From an uncultured Parcubacteria group bacterium (GTDB lineage Bacteria; Patescibacteriota; Patescibacteriia; UBA9934; CAMTUG01), in assembly GCA_947084965.1 (NCBI GenBank), contig CAMTUG010000004.1:23490-87489 (forward strand): DNA of 64,000 nt, given 5' to 3'. The notes below the pieces were generated by a model. It saw only the letters and a program-made list of their open reading frames with translations. It made no database searches and was not told the DNA's origin. Numbering within the stretch: position 1 is the first letter of the stretch; every line of letters starts with the position of its first letter. This document shows, in pieces, positions 37,268 to 47,482 of the stretch. The translations under genes and the position numbers were made by a program.

Positions 37268-40200
37268 TTAACTACATCCGCTCGTGGCCCCGCAGTTCAA
37301 GCACTTGTAGCAAGCGGCGTTGCGCACCATCATCGATCCGCAGGTGGCGCAGGCTGGAGCGTCGGACTGGTTGTCGAAGGTAGAGGTGTGCGTCACTGTG
37401 GTCGCTTTGGCTGGAGCGTTGGCAGCGAGCGGTTCGGCAAAGATGTTCGCTTGTTGCACTTTTGGTTCATCCGTACCGACAGCGGCGGCGACTTCGGCGG
37501 CCTTCTCAACGACTTCGAAGTTCACGCCTACTTCGCGCTGTTCGTCAGGCGACAAGAACTTGAGCGCCATCCAGCGGAAGATATAATCGACCGTTGACTT
37601 GGCGATACGGATATGTTCGTTGTTGGTGAATCCGCTCGGTTCAAAACGGGTGTGTACGAATTTGTTGACGAGGACATGAAGCGGCACACCGTACTGCAAA
37701 CCGATCGAAACCGAAGTGGCGAAGGAATTCATGAGACCAGAGACGACGGAACCGTCCTTGCTCATGGTGATGAACAACTCGCCTGGCTGCCCATCATCAA
37801 ACAATCCAACGGTGATGTACCCTTCATGTCCACCGATCGAGAACTTGTGGGTGATCGAGCGACGTTCGTCTGGCAAACGGCGGCGGCGCGGAGTGGTATC
37901 GACGACCGCGGCAACCGATTTTGATTTTCCAGATTGATCTTTGTCTTGGCTGGTGGTCAACGGCTGTTGACGCTTGGAACCGTCACGATAAATAGCGACC
38001 GCTTTCAATCCAAGACGCGCCCCTTCCATGTACACCTCGGCAATATCTTCTGGGGTGACGTCGCTCGGCATGTTGACCGTCTTTGAAATCGCGCCAGAAA
38101 CGAACGGTTGCACCGCGGCCATCATCCGCACGTGACCCATGTAGCCGATCGAGCGCGTGCCATTCTTGGCTTTAAACGCGCAATCGAAGATCGGCAAATG
38201 AGCGTCTTGAATATGCGGAGCGCCTTCGATCGTATCTTTTTCATCGATGTACTTCAGAATGTCATCGATCTGTTCCTTGGAATACTGCAGGCGCGCTAGT
38301 GCTTCTGGAACGGTTTGGTTGACGATCTTGACCATTCCACCACCGACCAGCCACTTGTATTTAACTAAGGCAAGATCTGGTTCGATCCCGGTCGTGTCAC
38401 AATCCATAAAGAAGGCGATCGTACCGGTTGGAGCGATAACGGAAATTTGCGAGTTCTTCAAACCGAATTTGTCGCCGTGCTCTACCACCTTCTCCCAGGC
38501 CTGACGGTGGGCAGCTTGCAAATCCGCTGGCACGCCGATGTCGGAAACTTGATACGCAGCGTCGCGGTGCATGCGCATCACTTCCATACACGGCTCGGCG
38601 TTCTTTTTGAATCCGTTAAATGGGCCGGTCTTTTCTGCAATCAAGGCGGACTGATCGTAACATTCGCCAGATAACAACGAGGTGATCGCCGCGCAGAAGT
38701 TACGGGCTTCGTCCGAATCGTAAGCCATGCCGCGCGACATGAGGAGCGCGCCCAAGTTGGCATAACCGATCCCGAGCGGACGATAGTCGTGCGAGTTCTG
38801 TTCAATCGACGGCGTTGGGTAGGAGGAGAATCCAACCGAGATTTCCATCGCCGTGATAACCGTGCGTGACGCTTTGGCGAATGACTCGACGTCAAATTCC
38901 ATCGTCTTTCCGTCTGCACTCGGCTTGCGGAACTTCATCAGGTTAAGCGACGCCAAGTTGCAGGCGGTGTCGTTCAAGAACATGTATTCACTGCACGGGT
39001 TGGAGGCATGGATGCGGTCGGTGTTCTTGCAGGTGTGCCACTTGTTGATCGTGGTGTCGTACTGCACGCCCGGATCGCCGCAGTGCCAGGCCGCTTCGGA
39101 CATCATTTTCATCAGATCGCGCGCTTTGAATTTAACCGATTCTTTGCCGGTCGTTACTTCCTTGGTGACCCATTCGCCGTCGTTCTCAACCGCACGAACG
39201 AATTCATCGGTAATGCGCACCGAGTTGTTGGCGTTCTGGAAATAGATCGAAGAATAGGCCGGGCCATCGATCGAACCGTCGTAGCCGGCGTCCATCAACG
39301 CCCAGGCTTTCTTTTCCTCTTCTGATTTACACTTGATGAATTCCTCAACGTCCGGGTGATCGATATTCAAAATAACCATCTTAGCCGCTCGGCGTGTTTT
39401 GCCGCCGGACTTAATCACACCCGCAAAGGCGTCGAGACCTTTCATGAAACTGATCGGGCCTGATGAGCGACCGTTTGATCCGCCCAAGAATTCTTTGCTC
39501 GAACGCAGCGGCGACAAATTGACCCCTGATCCTGAACCACCTTTAAAAATCATCCCCTCTGTGGTGCACAGGTGCAGAATCGAACGCATGTCATCGCTGA
39601 CCGAATTGATGAAACAGGCCGAGCACTGCGGGTGCGGATTGACCCCCACGTTAAACCAGACCGGCGAGTTAAAGGCCGCCATCTGGTGGACAAGAATATG
39701 AGTCAATTCGTGTTCGTAAATCTCGGCATCCTCGGCTGTTTGGAAATACCCGCCAGCGCGGCCCCAGTTGGACATCGTCACCGCCACGCGCGAAACGAGT
39801 TGTTTGACGCTCGTCTCACGATCAGCTTGGCCAACTTTGCCACGGAAATATTTTTGCACCACGATATTGGTTGCTGTCTGCGACCAAAAGTCTGGAACTT
39901 CAACGTCGGTCTGTTCAAAAATAACGCCGCCCTTTTCGTTGGTAATTTTGGCTGTGCGCTTGACCCAGTTGATCAGGTCGTACGGATGCTTACCCGGAGT
40001 AGTGAAATAACGCTGCCAGGCAAGGCCGTGTCCGTATTTTGGTTCTGTGGAAACCGCGCGAGCATCAAACTTGGCTTGGGCGTACTTTTTCGAAATGTGG
40101 ACGAGGTTGTGATCGATACAGGTCAAGTTGATGACTTCGCGGATCGCCGCCGTCTTCGGAACGGTGTGTCCATCATAGACGCGCTGTAGCCGACCGAGAA

Positions 40201-40417
40201 CCGTTTCGACAATTCGGTCGACCAACGTTTCGTCGCGTGTGCCGGCCGCGGCAAAGGCCTTAGCCACCGAAGCGCGCAACTTATCCTTAGAAAAATCTTC
40301 CTGACGCCCATCATCCTTGATGACAAACTTTAAACTGGTCATGTAGTTCCAAACGGCGTCGACAGCGCCACTGGCTGACTGGGTACCGACCTGCGTGGAT
40401 GGGGCGAAGTTGGACAT
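37268..40417 (-). CDS. nrdJ: class II adenosylcobalamin-dependent ribonucleotide reductase
   Basis: 1049 aa; N-terminal ATP-cone; RNR catalytic core with thiyl-radical Cys region; C-terminal Zn ribbon CATCG...CYKCLNCG. Confidence 0.85.
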   Translation of the reverse strand: MSNFAPSTQVGTQSASGAVDAVWNYMTSLKFVIKDDGRQEDFSKDKLRASVAKAFAAAGTRDETLVDRIVETVLGRLQRVYDGHTVPKTAAIREVINLTCIDHNLVHISKKYAQAKFDARAVSTEPKYGHGLAWQRYFTTPGKHPYDLINWVKRTAKITNEKGGVIFEQTDVEVPDFWSQTATNIVVQKYFRGKVGQADRETSVKQLVSRVAVTMSNWGRAGGYFQTAEDAEIYEHELTHILVHQMAAFNSPVWFNVGVNPHPQCSACFINSVSDDMRSILHLCTTEGMIFKGGSGSGVNLSPLRSSKEFLGGSNGRSSGPISFMKGLDAFAGVIKSGGKTRRAAKMVILNIDHPDVEEFIKCKSEEEKKAWALMDAGYDGSIDGPAYSSIYFQNANNSVRITDEFVRAVENDGEWVTKEVTTGKESVKFKARDLMKMMSEAAWHCGDPGVQYDTTINKWHTCKNTDRIHASNPCSEYMFLNDTACNLASLNLMKFRKPSADGKTMEFDVESFAKASRTVITAMEISVGFSSYPTPSIEQNSHDYRPLGIGYANLGALLMSRGMAYDSDEARNFCAAITSLLSGECYDQSALIAEKTGPFNGFKKNAEPCMEVMRMHRDAAYQVSDIGVPADLQAAHRQAWEKVVEHGDKFGLKNSQISVIAPTGTIAFFMDCDTTGIEPDLALVKYKWLVGGGMVKIVNQTVPEALARLQYSKEQIDDILKYIDEKDTIEGAPHIQDAHLPIFDCAFKAKNGTRSIGYMGHVRMMAAVQPFVSGAISKTVNMPSDVTPEDIAEVYMEGARLGLKAVAIYRDGSKRQQPLTTSQDKDQSGKSKSVAAVVDTTPRRRRLPDERRSITHKFSIGGHEGYITVGLFDDGQPGELFITMSKDGSVVSGLMNSFATSVSIGLQYGVPLHVLVNKFVHTRFEPSGFTNNEHIRIAKSTVDYIFRWMALKFLSPDEQREVGVNFEVVEKAAEVAAAVGTDEPKVQQANIFAEPLAANAPAKATTVTHTSTFDNQSDAPACATCGSMMVRNAACYKCLNCGATSGCS

Positions 40418-40624
40418 AATATAGAAATGGTTTAGCTTTGTGAAACTTTTGAAACTGGATGAGATGCGATGTGCTGGAGGAGAGAAAACAGCGAGACGTA
40501 GTATGACCTACGTTGAGCTGTTTTCGATCCGAAGCACGAGCAGGTCGTCAGTTTCAGAAGTTTCACTGAGACGAAGGAAGTCCTCCAAGCATGGATAGGA
40601 CTTCCCACAGTTTTTACCTCCAGA

Positions 40625-40673
40625 CCACAAGATATTGTGGTCAACAGTTAGATTCTACCACAAGGGATTGTGT
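40625..40673 (-). promoter_or_regulatory. two NrdR-box-like 16-bp palindromes upstream of nrdJ
   Basis: CCACAATATCTTGTGG and ACACAATCCCTTGTGG on the nrdJ strand, about 32 bp centre-to-centre. Confidence 0.45.
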
Positions 40674-40718
40674 TGATGCAAAAGGGACGGTTATCCACAG
40701 ATACCTGCTTTTTGCGAC

Positions 40719-41297
40719 TCAAAATCCCATCGTTAAATTGATCTTTGGCTCGGCAACAGGGACGTCTTGAAAATCGATCGGGACATCGTGGCAGACCCCC
40801 AAGCGATCGAAATAGCGGACAATACCGTACTGCTTTCCGAACTCATACACCTCTTTCGTCACCCGCACGTCGTCGAGGCAGTATTTTTTGATCTTCTCTA
40901 CCTCCCCTTGCTTCCACCACTCCACCGCCTGCAACCCATGACCGGTTTTGCCGTGTCCAACCGTCGCGGCAGCCACGTCGTCAAGCTTCACCCGGAAACC
41001 AAGTTGCTTGGCGATCAGTTCGAGAATATCGAGCGAAGGGAAGGTTAAAAAATCCCCGGCGTAATAGTTATTCATGACCGGATAGTCAAAATGCTTGGTG
41101 TTGTACCCGATGATCCGGCCGGACTTTTCGAGCCGGGTCCAGAGCTTGGGCAACTCGTGCTCTTCATAAGCAATGTACTCGTCGGTTTCGTAAAAATAAC
41201 AACCGACAACAGAGATCTTCAGAAGCTTGGTATCCCAACTCCCCGCCTCCTGAAAGGTGTTCTGGGTTTCAATGTCGAGGACAACTTCATTAGCCAT
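40719..41297 (-). CDS. RNase H-like 3'-5' exonuclease family protein
   Basis: N-terminal VVLDIETQN motif typical of DEDD/PolB-exo-like domains. Confidence 0.45.
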   Translation of the reverse strand: MANEVVLDIETQNTFQEAGSWDTKLLKISVVGCYFYETDEYIAYEEHELPKLWTRLEKSGRIIGYNTKHFDYPVMNNYYAGDFLTFPSLDILELIAKQLGFRVKLDDVAAATVGHGKTGHGLQAVEWWKQGEVEKIKKYCLDDVRVTKEVYEFGKQYGIVRYFDRLGVCHDVPIDFQDVPVAEPKINLTMGF

Positions 41298-41354
41298 AGC
41301 GGGGAGATTATAGCATAATGGAGAGGTCCGCCAAGAGTCATTAAAAGATCGATT

Positions 41355-41849
41355 ATGCGTAACGTTCTCCCTGCGATCGCCGCCTTATTATTGGTCGGTG
41401 GAGGATGCCTAAATGCCGGGGTCGAGGTTGACTCGACAACGGAATCAAAGGTCGAAGCAGAGCAAATGATTATTGGTGCTGTCGAAGGAACGGTGGACAC
41501 AGAGGTGAACGTTGAAGCCGGAGCCGGAACAGTGATTGAGGTGGAAGGAGGAGCGGAAGTCGAGGCCAACACAAAGGCCGAAGTGATCGTATCTATCACC
41601 TCAAGCGGATTTTCACCAGCGTCGATCACGGTCGAAGCCGGCACAACCGTTACGTTCGTCAACAACGACACGATCCCTCACTGGCCAGCGAGCAACCCGC
41701 ACCCCGTCCATACTACGCTCAGCGCCTTTGATTCCAAAGGCAAAGTTCAGCCAGGCGATTCCTACAGCTACACCTTCACCGACGAAGGGACTTGGAAATA
41801 TCACTGTCACCTGCGTCCAGGGTTAACGGGTGAAGTGATCGTTGAATAA
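41355..41849 (+). CDS. cupredoxin-like domain lipoprotein
   Basis: Lipobox LVGGGC; C-terminus WKYHCHLRPG (cupredoxin-like His/Cys). Confidence 0.5.
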   Translation: MRNVLPAIAALLLVGGGCLNAGVEVDSTTESKVEAEQMIIGAVEGTVDTEVNVEAGAGTVIEVEGGAEVEANTKAEVIVSITSSGFSPASITVEAGTTVTFVNNDTIPHWPASNPHPVHTTLSAFDSKGKVQPGDSYSYTFTDEGTWKYHCHLRPGLTGEVIVE

Positions 41850-41865
41850 AGCCAAAAACAGACCT

Positions 41866-41936
41866 TCGCTCCGCAGGACCACACCACGACATAGAATGTT
41901 GGCCATTAATGTCGTGGCGTGATCCTGACTCCGCTC
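41866..41936. repeat. about 70-bp repeat with an internal hairpin; inverted partner at 46030-46095
   Basis: ctccgcag..ccacgacatagaatgttggccattaatgtcgtggcgtgatcctgactccgc is nearly identical to the reverse complement of 46030-46095. Confidence 0.65.
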
Positions 41937-41945
41937 GGGTCTGTT

Positions 41946-43379
41946 TTAAATTACTTCAACGGTGCTTGCCGCTCCCGAAATCGCTTCAGAAAAGGTTGGA
42001 AAGGCGTGCATCATGTCGGCTAGATCATACAAGGTCGCCTTCATCCGTATCGCCAGCGCGACTTCGTGAATCATCTCCCCTGCGCCGTGGCCTTGAATGC
42101 ACCCCCCAACGACCACCCCTGTTTTCGGGTGAGCGATTAACTTGACCCGGCCCTGAGCAGACGAATCGGTAACAGATCGTCCGAGGGCAGAAAGGGGGAA
42201 TCGTCCGATGTAGGTACTGCCAAACGCCTTCTTTGCCTCTTCACTCGTCATTCCAACAGAAGCGATCTCTGGCTCGACAAACGTTACCCTCGGCACAACC
42301 GACAGATCACGCACCAAAAATCCTTTTGTTTTGCCGAGCGCTTTTAGGGCAGCGTTCGTTCCTGCGATCGTCCCTTTGTGATGGGCAGTGTGGGTGAACT
42401 GCAATCCTCCATCGACATCTCCGGCGGCAAAGATATGTGAAAGGCTCGTGGCTCCGCGATCGTCGGTAAGTAGATCACCCTGTTTGTCGAGCTTGACCTT
42501 GATCGTATCGAGACCTAATCCTTCGACCCTGGCGCGCTTTCCTGCGGCAAGCAGAATCGATTCAACGTGAACGGTCCCATCCTTCAGGACAACGGTTTTT
42601 GTTTTTCCAGCAACACCGACGGACACAATCTCCGCACCGGTGCGCACCGTCACCCCCATCGCCTCAAGCGCCCGTCCGGCCAGTTCAGCGATCTCGCGAT
42701 CCTCTCGTGACAACACAACATCCGCTCGTTGAATAAGCGTCGTTGCCACACCAAATGAAGCAAAAAACGTGGCGAACTCACAGCCGACCGGGCCAGCCCC
42801 GATGATCGCGATCGATGCCGGGAGCTTTTTTAATGAAACAGCCTCTTTGAACGTTAGATAGGATGATTCAGGGAGCCCGCTAATCGGGGGCACAAATTCC
42901 GCCGTCCCTGTCGCGATGACAAACGCCTTGGCGGTGACCTCTTGAATTCCACCGTCCTTTCCTGTAACCGCGATCGTCTGCTTATCAATGAACCGAGCCG
43001 TTCCGGCTACAAAGGTGATCTCTAACTCGCGCAACAATTCCTCATAACGCTTGCCCACTTCGCCGCCGCCGGTAATCGCTGCCACCACCCGATCTTTGTA
43101 GGCCATGACCTGCGCAAAATCGAATTCCACACGACGGACGATGACTCCAAAATCCGAGGCGCGTTTCGTCGCTCGATAGACTCGTGCCGCTTTGAGCAAT
43201 GCTTTGGTCGGAATGCAGGCCCAATTGGGACATTCACCCCCGAGCTTTTCGCGTTCAACAATGCAGACCGCTGCCCCGCGTTCGCGGGCCGCTTCCGCCG
43301 CCGCAAAACCTGCTGACCCCGCACCGATAATCACGACATCAAAGGTCATAAAGCAAAGAGTTCTTTGGCCGCCTCCCAA
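41946..43379 (-). CDS. FAD-dependent pyridine nucleotide-disulfide oxidoreductase (dihydrolipoyl dehydrogenase family)
   Basis: FAD motif GAGSAG, redox-active GGECPNWACIPTK, NAD motif, dimerisation domain. Confidence 0.75.
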   Translation of the reverse strand: MGGGQRTLCFMTFDVVIIGAGSAGFAAAEAARERGAAVCIVEREKLGGECPNWACIPTKALLKAARVYRATKRASDFGVIVRRVEFDFAQVMAYKDRVVAAITGGGEVGKRYEELLRELEITFVAGTARFIDKQTIAVTGKDGGIQEVTAKAFVIATGTAEFVPPISGLPESSYLTFKEAVSLKKLPASIAIIGAGPVGCEFATFFASFGVATTLIQRADVVLSREDREIAELAGRALEAMGVTVRTGAEIVSVGVAGKTKTVVLKDGTVHVESILLAAGKRARVEGLGLDTIKVKLDKQGDLLTDDRGATSLSHIFAAGDVDGGLQFTHTAHHKGTIAGTNAALKALGKTKGFLVRDLSVVPRVTFVEPEIASVGMTSEEAKKAFGSTYIGRFPLSALGRSVTDSSAQGRVKLIAHPKTGVVVGGCIQGHGAGEMIHEVALAIRMKATLYDLADMMHAFPTFSEAISGAASTVEVI

Positions 43380-44344
43380 TAATCATCATTCCCTTGGACC
43401 TTCATCAAATACCACCACTCCACCCCCCACAAATGGATCTCATCAAACCCGCCTTGGGCAGCAAAGGCGATGTTGGCCGAAAACTCCTCGGGCGGAAACG
43501 AGTTCACCTGATCGACTAAGGACATCTCCTGAGGCGGGTCGCGGAAGAACGGCTCCATCTGAAGCTCGGAGACGATCACGTGGGCGAACGGTTCAGCCGC
43601 CGCCGCCTTAGCCCGATAAAAGTCCGGCCCAAGGGGGAAGACAAAATAGCCGATCTGCTCGTTCCAGGTCACGCGATACATCGACACCCCGAGAACGTCG
43701 GCCGGAATCGCGCTTTCCACCCAGAATTCAGCCTCGCCAGAGGTCGTGATCACGATCGGCTTGTTGGAAATGGACCGCACCAAGTCCAACTCATGAGTAA
43801 AGAGTTCGTAATCGGGCGGCGGACACTCCCCAAACGGAAAGAACGGCTCGTTTTCTACCTGCCAACGCCCAAGTGCGGGATGGTCATTATAACGACGCAC
43901 CGTTGTTTCCAAAAAATCTAAGACCGCCTGGTTTTGATATTCACGGCCTAGCCGCTCCGCCCAGTCAGGGATGTAACATTCTGGCCAGCGCGGAACTTTA
44001 CGACCGACAGCGAGCGTGACTGTGGCATGACGAAGAGCGGCTTCGTCCATCATGAAGTCAATGTCATTCCAATAAAACTCTCCGTCGGACCGTTCCACGT
44101 CGCTCCAGGCCACCGGAATGCGAAGATGTCTCACCCCCACCTCGTCGAGCGTATCAATAAACACCTTGCGCCAATCGAGTCCTAAGTCCCTGGCGTAATT
44201 GGCAGAAAAGGTCACTCCGAAGATCTTTTCTTCCGGTTGCCGCATCGCCCAAAAGCGCACACAAGCCAGAACAATAACAACAAGGACGAGCGCCAGGAAG
44301 GCGATCACTTCAGCGCTCTGTTTGTTCCCCCTTTTGAAAAACAT
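43346..44344 (-). CDS. membrane-anchored TIM-barrel glycoside hydrolase-like protein (GH5 clan-like)
   Basis: N-terminal TM; WQVENEP motif. Confidence 0.4.
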   Translation of the reverse strand: MFFKRGNKQSAEVIAFLALVLVVIVLACVRFWAMRQPEEKIFGVTFSANYARDLGLDWRKVFIDTLDEVGVRHLRIPVAWSDVERSDGEFYWNDIDFMMDEAALRHATVTLAVGRKVPRWPECYIPDWAERLGREYQNQAVLDFLETTVRRYNDHPALGRWQVENEPFFPFGECPPPDYELFTHELDLVRSISNKPIVITTSGEAEFWVESAIPADVLGVSMYRVTWNEQIGYFVFPLGPDFYRAKAAAAEPFAHVIVSELQMEPFFRDPPQEMSLVDQVNSFPPEEFSANIAFAAQGGFDEIHLWGVEWWYLMKVQGNDDYWEAAKELFAL

Positions 44345-44347
44345 GAT

Positions 44348-46045
44348 TTATTCTAATTCCTCTTTTTTCTCGCGTACAAAGGCCATCCACCCTTCAATCA
44401 CTTCGATCGCCAGTTTAAACGGTGCTTCGATGATGAAATCCATGAAGAAGATGAAGACGTTAATGCGCGGCGTGCGGATGGAGATCCAGCGGCCCACACG
44501 CACGATCGGAAGCATAAACCAATCGATCAAAGCGCCAATAATCCCGGTACGACCCCTGTCCACAACGACCTCCTTAATCGATTGGCGAATCTGCAAGCCA
44601 AAAAAAGTGACGAGGGTGAGGAACAGGAGGAAGATACTCATCGACACGATGTTGAATCCGAATCCGATCAAAAGCGTGCCGATAAAGCCGAAGACAAAAA
44701 TAAAGCTGAAGGCATAGAGCAACCCGAACGTCCAGGTGAACGCCTGATTCCACCCTTTGGTGACTTTGAAGATCATGTTCAGCTCTTGGGTTCCAAAGGC
44801 GATCGAACGGACGCCCTTTTGAATCGTCTTCACGTGCAGTTTGATGTTCAACTGCGCTGTCAAAGCGATGAAGGCGAGCAAAAGCGGGGGGAACACAATA
44901 TTAACCGCGAGCGGGAGCATCGACGTTTCATGGGCGATCACCAAGTCGTACGGCAATTCAATAACGAGGGCGAGCAACATCTTTGTCACGAACAGGAAGG
45001 CGACCGCACGGAAGACACGACGCGCCTTACGCGACTGAAAGAGATGGATGCGCGCTGCCGCCGCCTTGCCGACGAGCTTATCAAGTTCAGCCGAATCCCC
45101 GACCGCGCTTAAAAACTCTTGCGGATTCTTAGCTACGACATCAAACAAGACATTGAAGAGCACCGCGAACTTACGTACCTCACGGCTCAGACGCTCCGCG
45201 ATCGGATGTTTGATCTGTCCATCCACGGTGGCGATCACCTGGTCGAGGCGGGCGGCGATCTCCTCGTTCGTATGGCCCGTTTTCCAATCTGGGTGATAGA
45301 GCAAAAACACGCGGGAACGCAAACGGGCGGCGTCCGCCTTTAGCAACGTTCGATAGACCGCAAGATACAACTGAAGCTCACGCTCGTCTTCTGACAGACT
45401 CCCCTTTTTCCACTCAATCTTTTCCTGCAAAATGCGATAGGCAAAAGAAGCCAGGGCATCTTCCCGCGTTGGCGGAGCAACATGACTCTCGACATCGATC
45501 GCCATCAAATCCAGGATGAAATCAAAGGCGAGCGAAGGATTGCTTGACCTCGATACGGCCGCAACGAGCGGATTGTATTTGACGAGGGCGGCCGCAACCG
45601 TATCGATCACCGCGATCGGGATCGTGTTGTTCGGGAGATACCGCGCCCAGATCAATTCGGTGATCACGTCTTTGGCCAACTGCCAAGACTCAACGTCTAC
45701 TCCAATACGGCGCTTCAGGACCCGACGAATGGCGTTGCGGCGCAAGCGATGTTCCTCTTCGTATTCTAAAACGTTGCGCAGTTTTTCATACAGTGCAGCG
45801 GCGGCACTCACCGTATCCGCCACCTGAATCGTTTCTTCCCCTTCTTTGGCATGAACGACCTCTTCGATTTCAAAAATGGTCGGAAGTTGAAGAATCCGCT
45901 GATCAAGTTCGTGTTTTCCCGCCGCTTCGTGGCCATGCCCACCGCCATGCCCACCGTGTCCGCCGTGTGAATCGCTCATATGTTCTAAGGGCATTTTAGC
46001 CCAAAACACTGGATTAAGCCAGCCACAGTGCGGAGTCAGGATCAC
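44348..46045 (-). CDS. hypothetical polytopic membrane protein with a His/Gly-rich N-terminus
   Basis: HGGHGGHGGGHGH tract; several C-terminal TM helices; start uncertain. Confidence 0.4.
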   Translation of the reverse strand: MILTPHCGWLNPVFWAKMPLEHMSDSHGGHGGHGGGHGHEAAGKHELDQRILQLPTIFEIEEVVHAKEGEETIQVADTVSAAAALYEKLRNVLEYEEEHRLRRNAIRRVLKRRIGVDVESWQLAKDVITELIWARYLPNNTIPIAVIDTVAAALVKYNPLVAAVSRSSNPSLAFDFILDLMAIDVESHVAPPTREDALASFAYRILQEKIEWKKGSLSEDERELQLYLAVYRTLLKADAARLRSRVFLLYHPDWKTGHTNEEIAARLDQVIATVDGQIKHPIAERLSREVRKFAVLFNVLFDVVAKNPQEFLSAVGDSAELDKLVGKAAAARIHLFQSRKARRVFRAVAFLFVTKMLLALVIELPYDLVIAHETSMLPLAVNIVFPPLLLAFIALTAQLNIKLHVKTIQKGVRSIAFGTQELNMIFKVTKGWNQAFTWTFGLLYAFSFIFVFGFIGTLLIGFGFNIVSMSIFLLFLTLVTFFGLQIRQSIKEVVVDRGRTGIIGALIDWFMLPIVRVGRWISIRTPRINVFIFFMDFIIEAPFKLAIEVIEGWMAFVREKKEELE

Positions 46046-46095
46046 GTCACGACATTAATGGCCAAAATTCTATGTCGTGGCGGGATTCTGCGGAG
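46030..46095. repeat. about 70-bp repeat, inverted partner of 41866-41936
   Basis: See the partner entry. Confidence 0.65.
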
Positions 46096-46112
46096 CACCT
46101 GTGGCTTGCCAG

Positions 46113-47459
46113 CTAGACAATGAGTGGCAACGGATGAATTTCGCTCTTGCGTCCCAAAACAATATCCTCGATGCGATAGGCCCCGTGGGTCGGCGCTTCC
46201 ACGTAGCCGTTCCAAGCCATGCGTGCCACCCCCCCGGAATTAATCCAGTCGAAGAGCCACTCGTTCATGTAGCGCGGATCTGACATTGGGACGCCTCCCC
46301 CGATGTACTGCAACCAAACGGCGTTAAACTGTTCTTGTGAACCGATCGGCGGAGCCATGATGATCGGCACCCCAAGCGCCGTGTAGAACGACATTTCCGA
46401 CGGCTTGGTCATGACGATATCTGTTTCGTGCAAGAACGCGTTAAACGCTTCGAAATATTCCGCGCGATCTTTGTATACAGGAATCAATAAACTCTTACCG
46501 ATCTCTTTGCCGAGACCAAGTTCCTTGGCACTCTCAATGTAATAATCGGCCACGTTCTTACGAATCCCCGCAAACAAAGCCAAGCGAATGCGATGCTGGC
46601 GAATGTCATGAGCGAGGGACGTCATCACGTCTACCCCGAGTTTGCGCTGAGCACCGGCACCGCCAACAGAAAACGACAAGGTGAGTGGATGGGTCTTTTT
46701 TGGCACACATTTGGCGGCCCCAAGCGCGGCACGGATCGTTTTGGCGTAGCGCGAAAGAAAGATGCCGTTCGGATCGAGGTTGCAGATACGGCCCATCAGA
46801 TCGGCTTGCAGCACTTTCTCTGGATAACCGCCGATTAAATCTTTTGGGAGCGGAAAACCGGTAAGGAAGATCTGATTCTCTGGTACACCGTACAATTGCA
46901 GGCGTTCCTTACACCGGCCATTGGCGGCAAAGTATTTGATCTTTGAATTTTTCGGATCCAGCGGCGCCCAGTGGCGGGCGATGTCCGTGTCGGTTGTCAC
47001 GCAATAAATCTCACCTGGGTAGCCGTAGTAGTCAGCCATGAACGCGACCGTAAAAAAGGTCGTGACGATCGGCAACGGATCTTCGCGCAACTTCTCAATC
47101 AGGTGCTTCCCCCATCCTTTTTTGATCATCCGGTACACCTGCCGCAATTGCAACGACGGTTTGGATAAGTCACGCCGCGGATAAAACGGCGGGATCTCTT
47201 GAAATTCATCCATGATGCCGAACATCAAGTCCCCGATGATCGGAATCGGTTTCAAACGCGAAATGGCTTCGTAAATCTTGCGGCCTTCCTCCCAAAACTT
47301 TCGGTCCGACGTGGGGATTCCACGATAATCGTTCGCCGTGACAATGTCGTGGCCAGCCAGATCGCGAATCGCATAGGCGGCACGGGCGTGGCCGTATCCC
47401 ATGTTGACGTCGATCACGTGCGCCATCTTTCGGTGATGCTGTTGGTGATGATAAGCCAT
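46113..47459 (-). CDS. GT-B glycosyltransferase, GT28-like (MGDG synthase/MurG-like)
   Basis: N-terminal VIDVNMGYGH; C-terminal PIIMAPPIGSQEQFNA (GT28 C-domain-like). Confidence 0.45.
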   Translation of the reverse strand: MAYHHQQHHRKMAHVIDVNMGYGHARAAYAIRDLAGHDIVTANDYRGIPTSDRKFWEEGRKIYEAISRLKPIPIIGDLMFGIMDEFQEIPPFYPRRDLSKPSLQLRQVYRMIKKGWGKHLIEKLREDPLPIVTTFFTVAFMADYYGYPGEIYCVTTDTDIARHWAPLDPKNSKIKYFAANGRCKERLQLYGVPENQIFLTGFPLPKDLIGGYPEKVLQADLMGRICNLDPNGIFLSRYAKTIRAALGAAKCVPKKTHPLTLSFSVGGAGAQRKLGVDVMTSLAHDIRQHRIRLALFAGIRKNVADYYIESAKELGLGKEIGKSLLIPVYKDRAEYFEAFNAFLHETDIVMTKPSEMSFYTALGVPIIMAPPIGSQEQFNAVWLQYIGGGVPMSDPRYMNEWLFDWINSGGVARMAWNGYVEAPTHGAYRIEDIVLGRKSEIHPLPLIV

Positions 47460-47482
47460 AATATTTTGAGATGTCTGATATT

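Noticed and set aside
40418-40718. Cobalamin riboswitch upstream of nrdJ
   Set aside because: It was plausible for a B12-dependent RNR, but I could not find a convincing B12 box or the conserved GCCACTG core by eye. It is left as a cmsearch check rather than a call.
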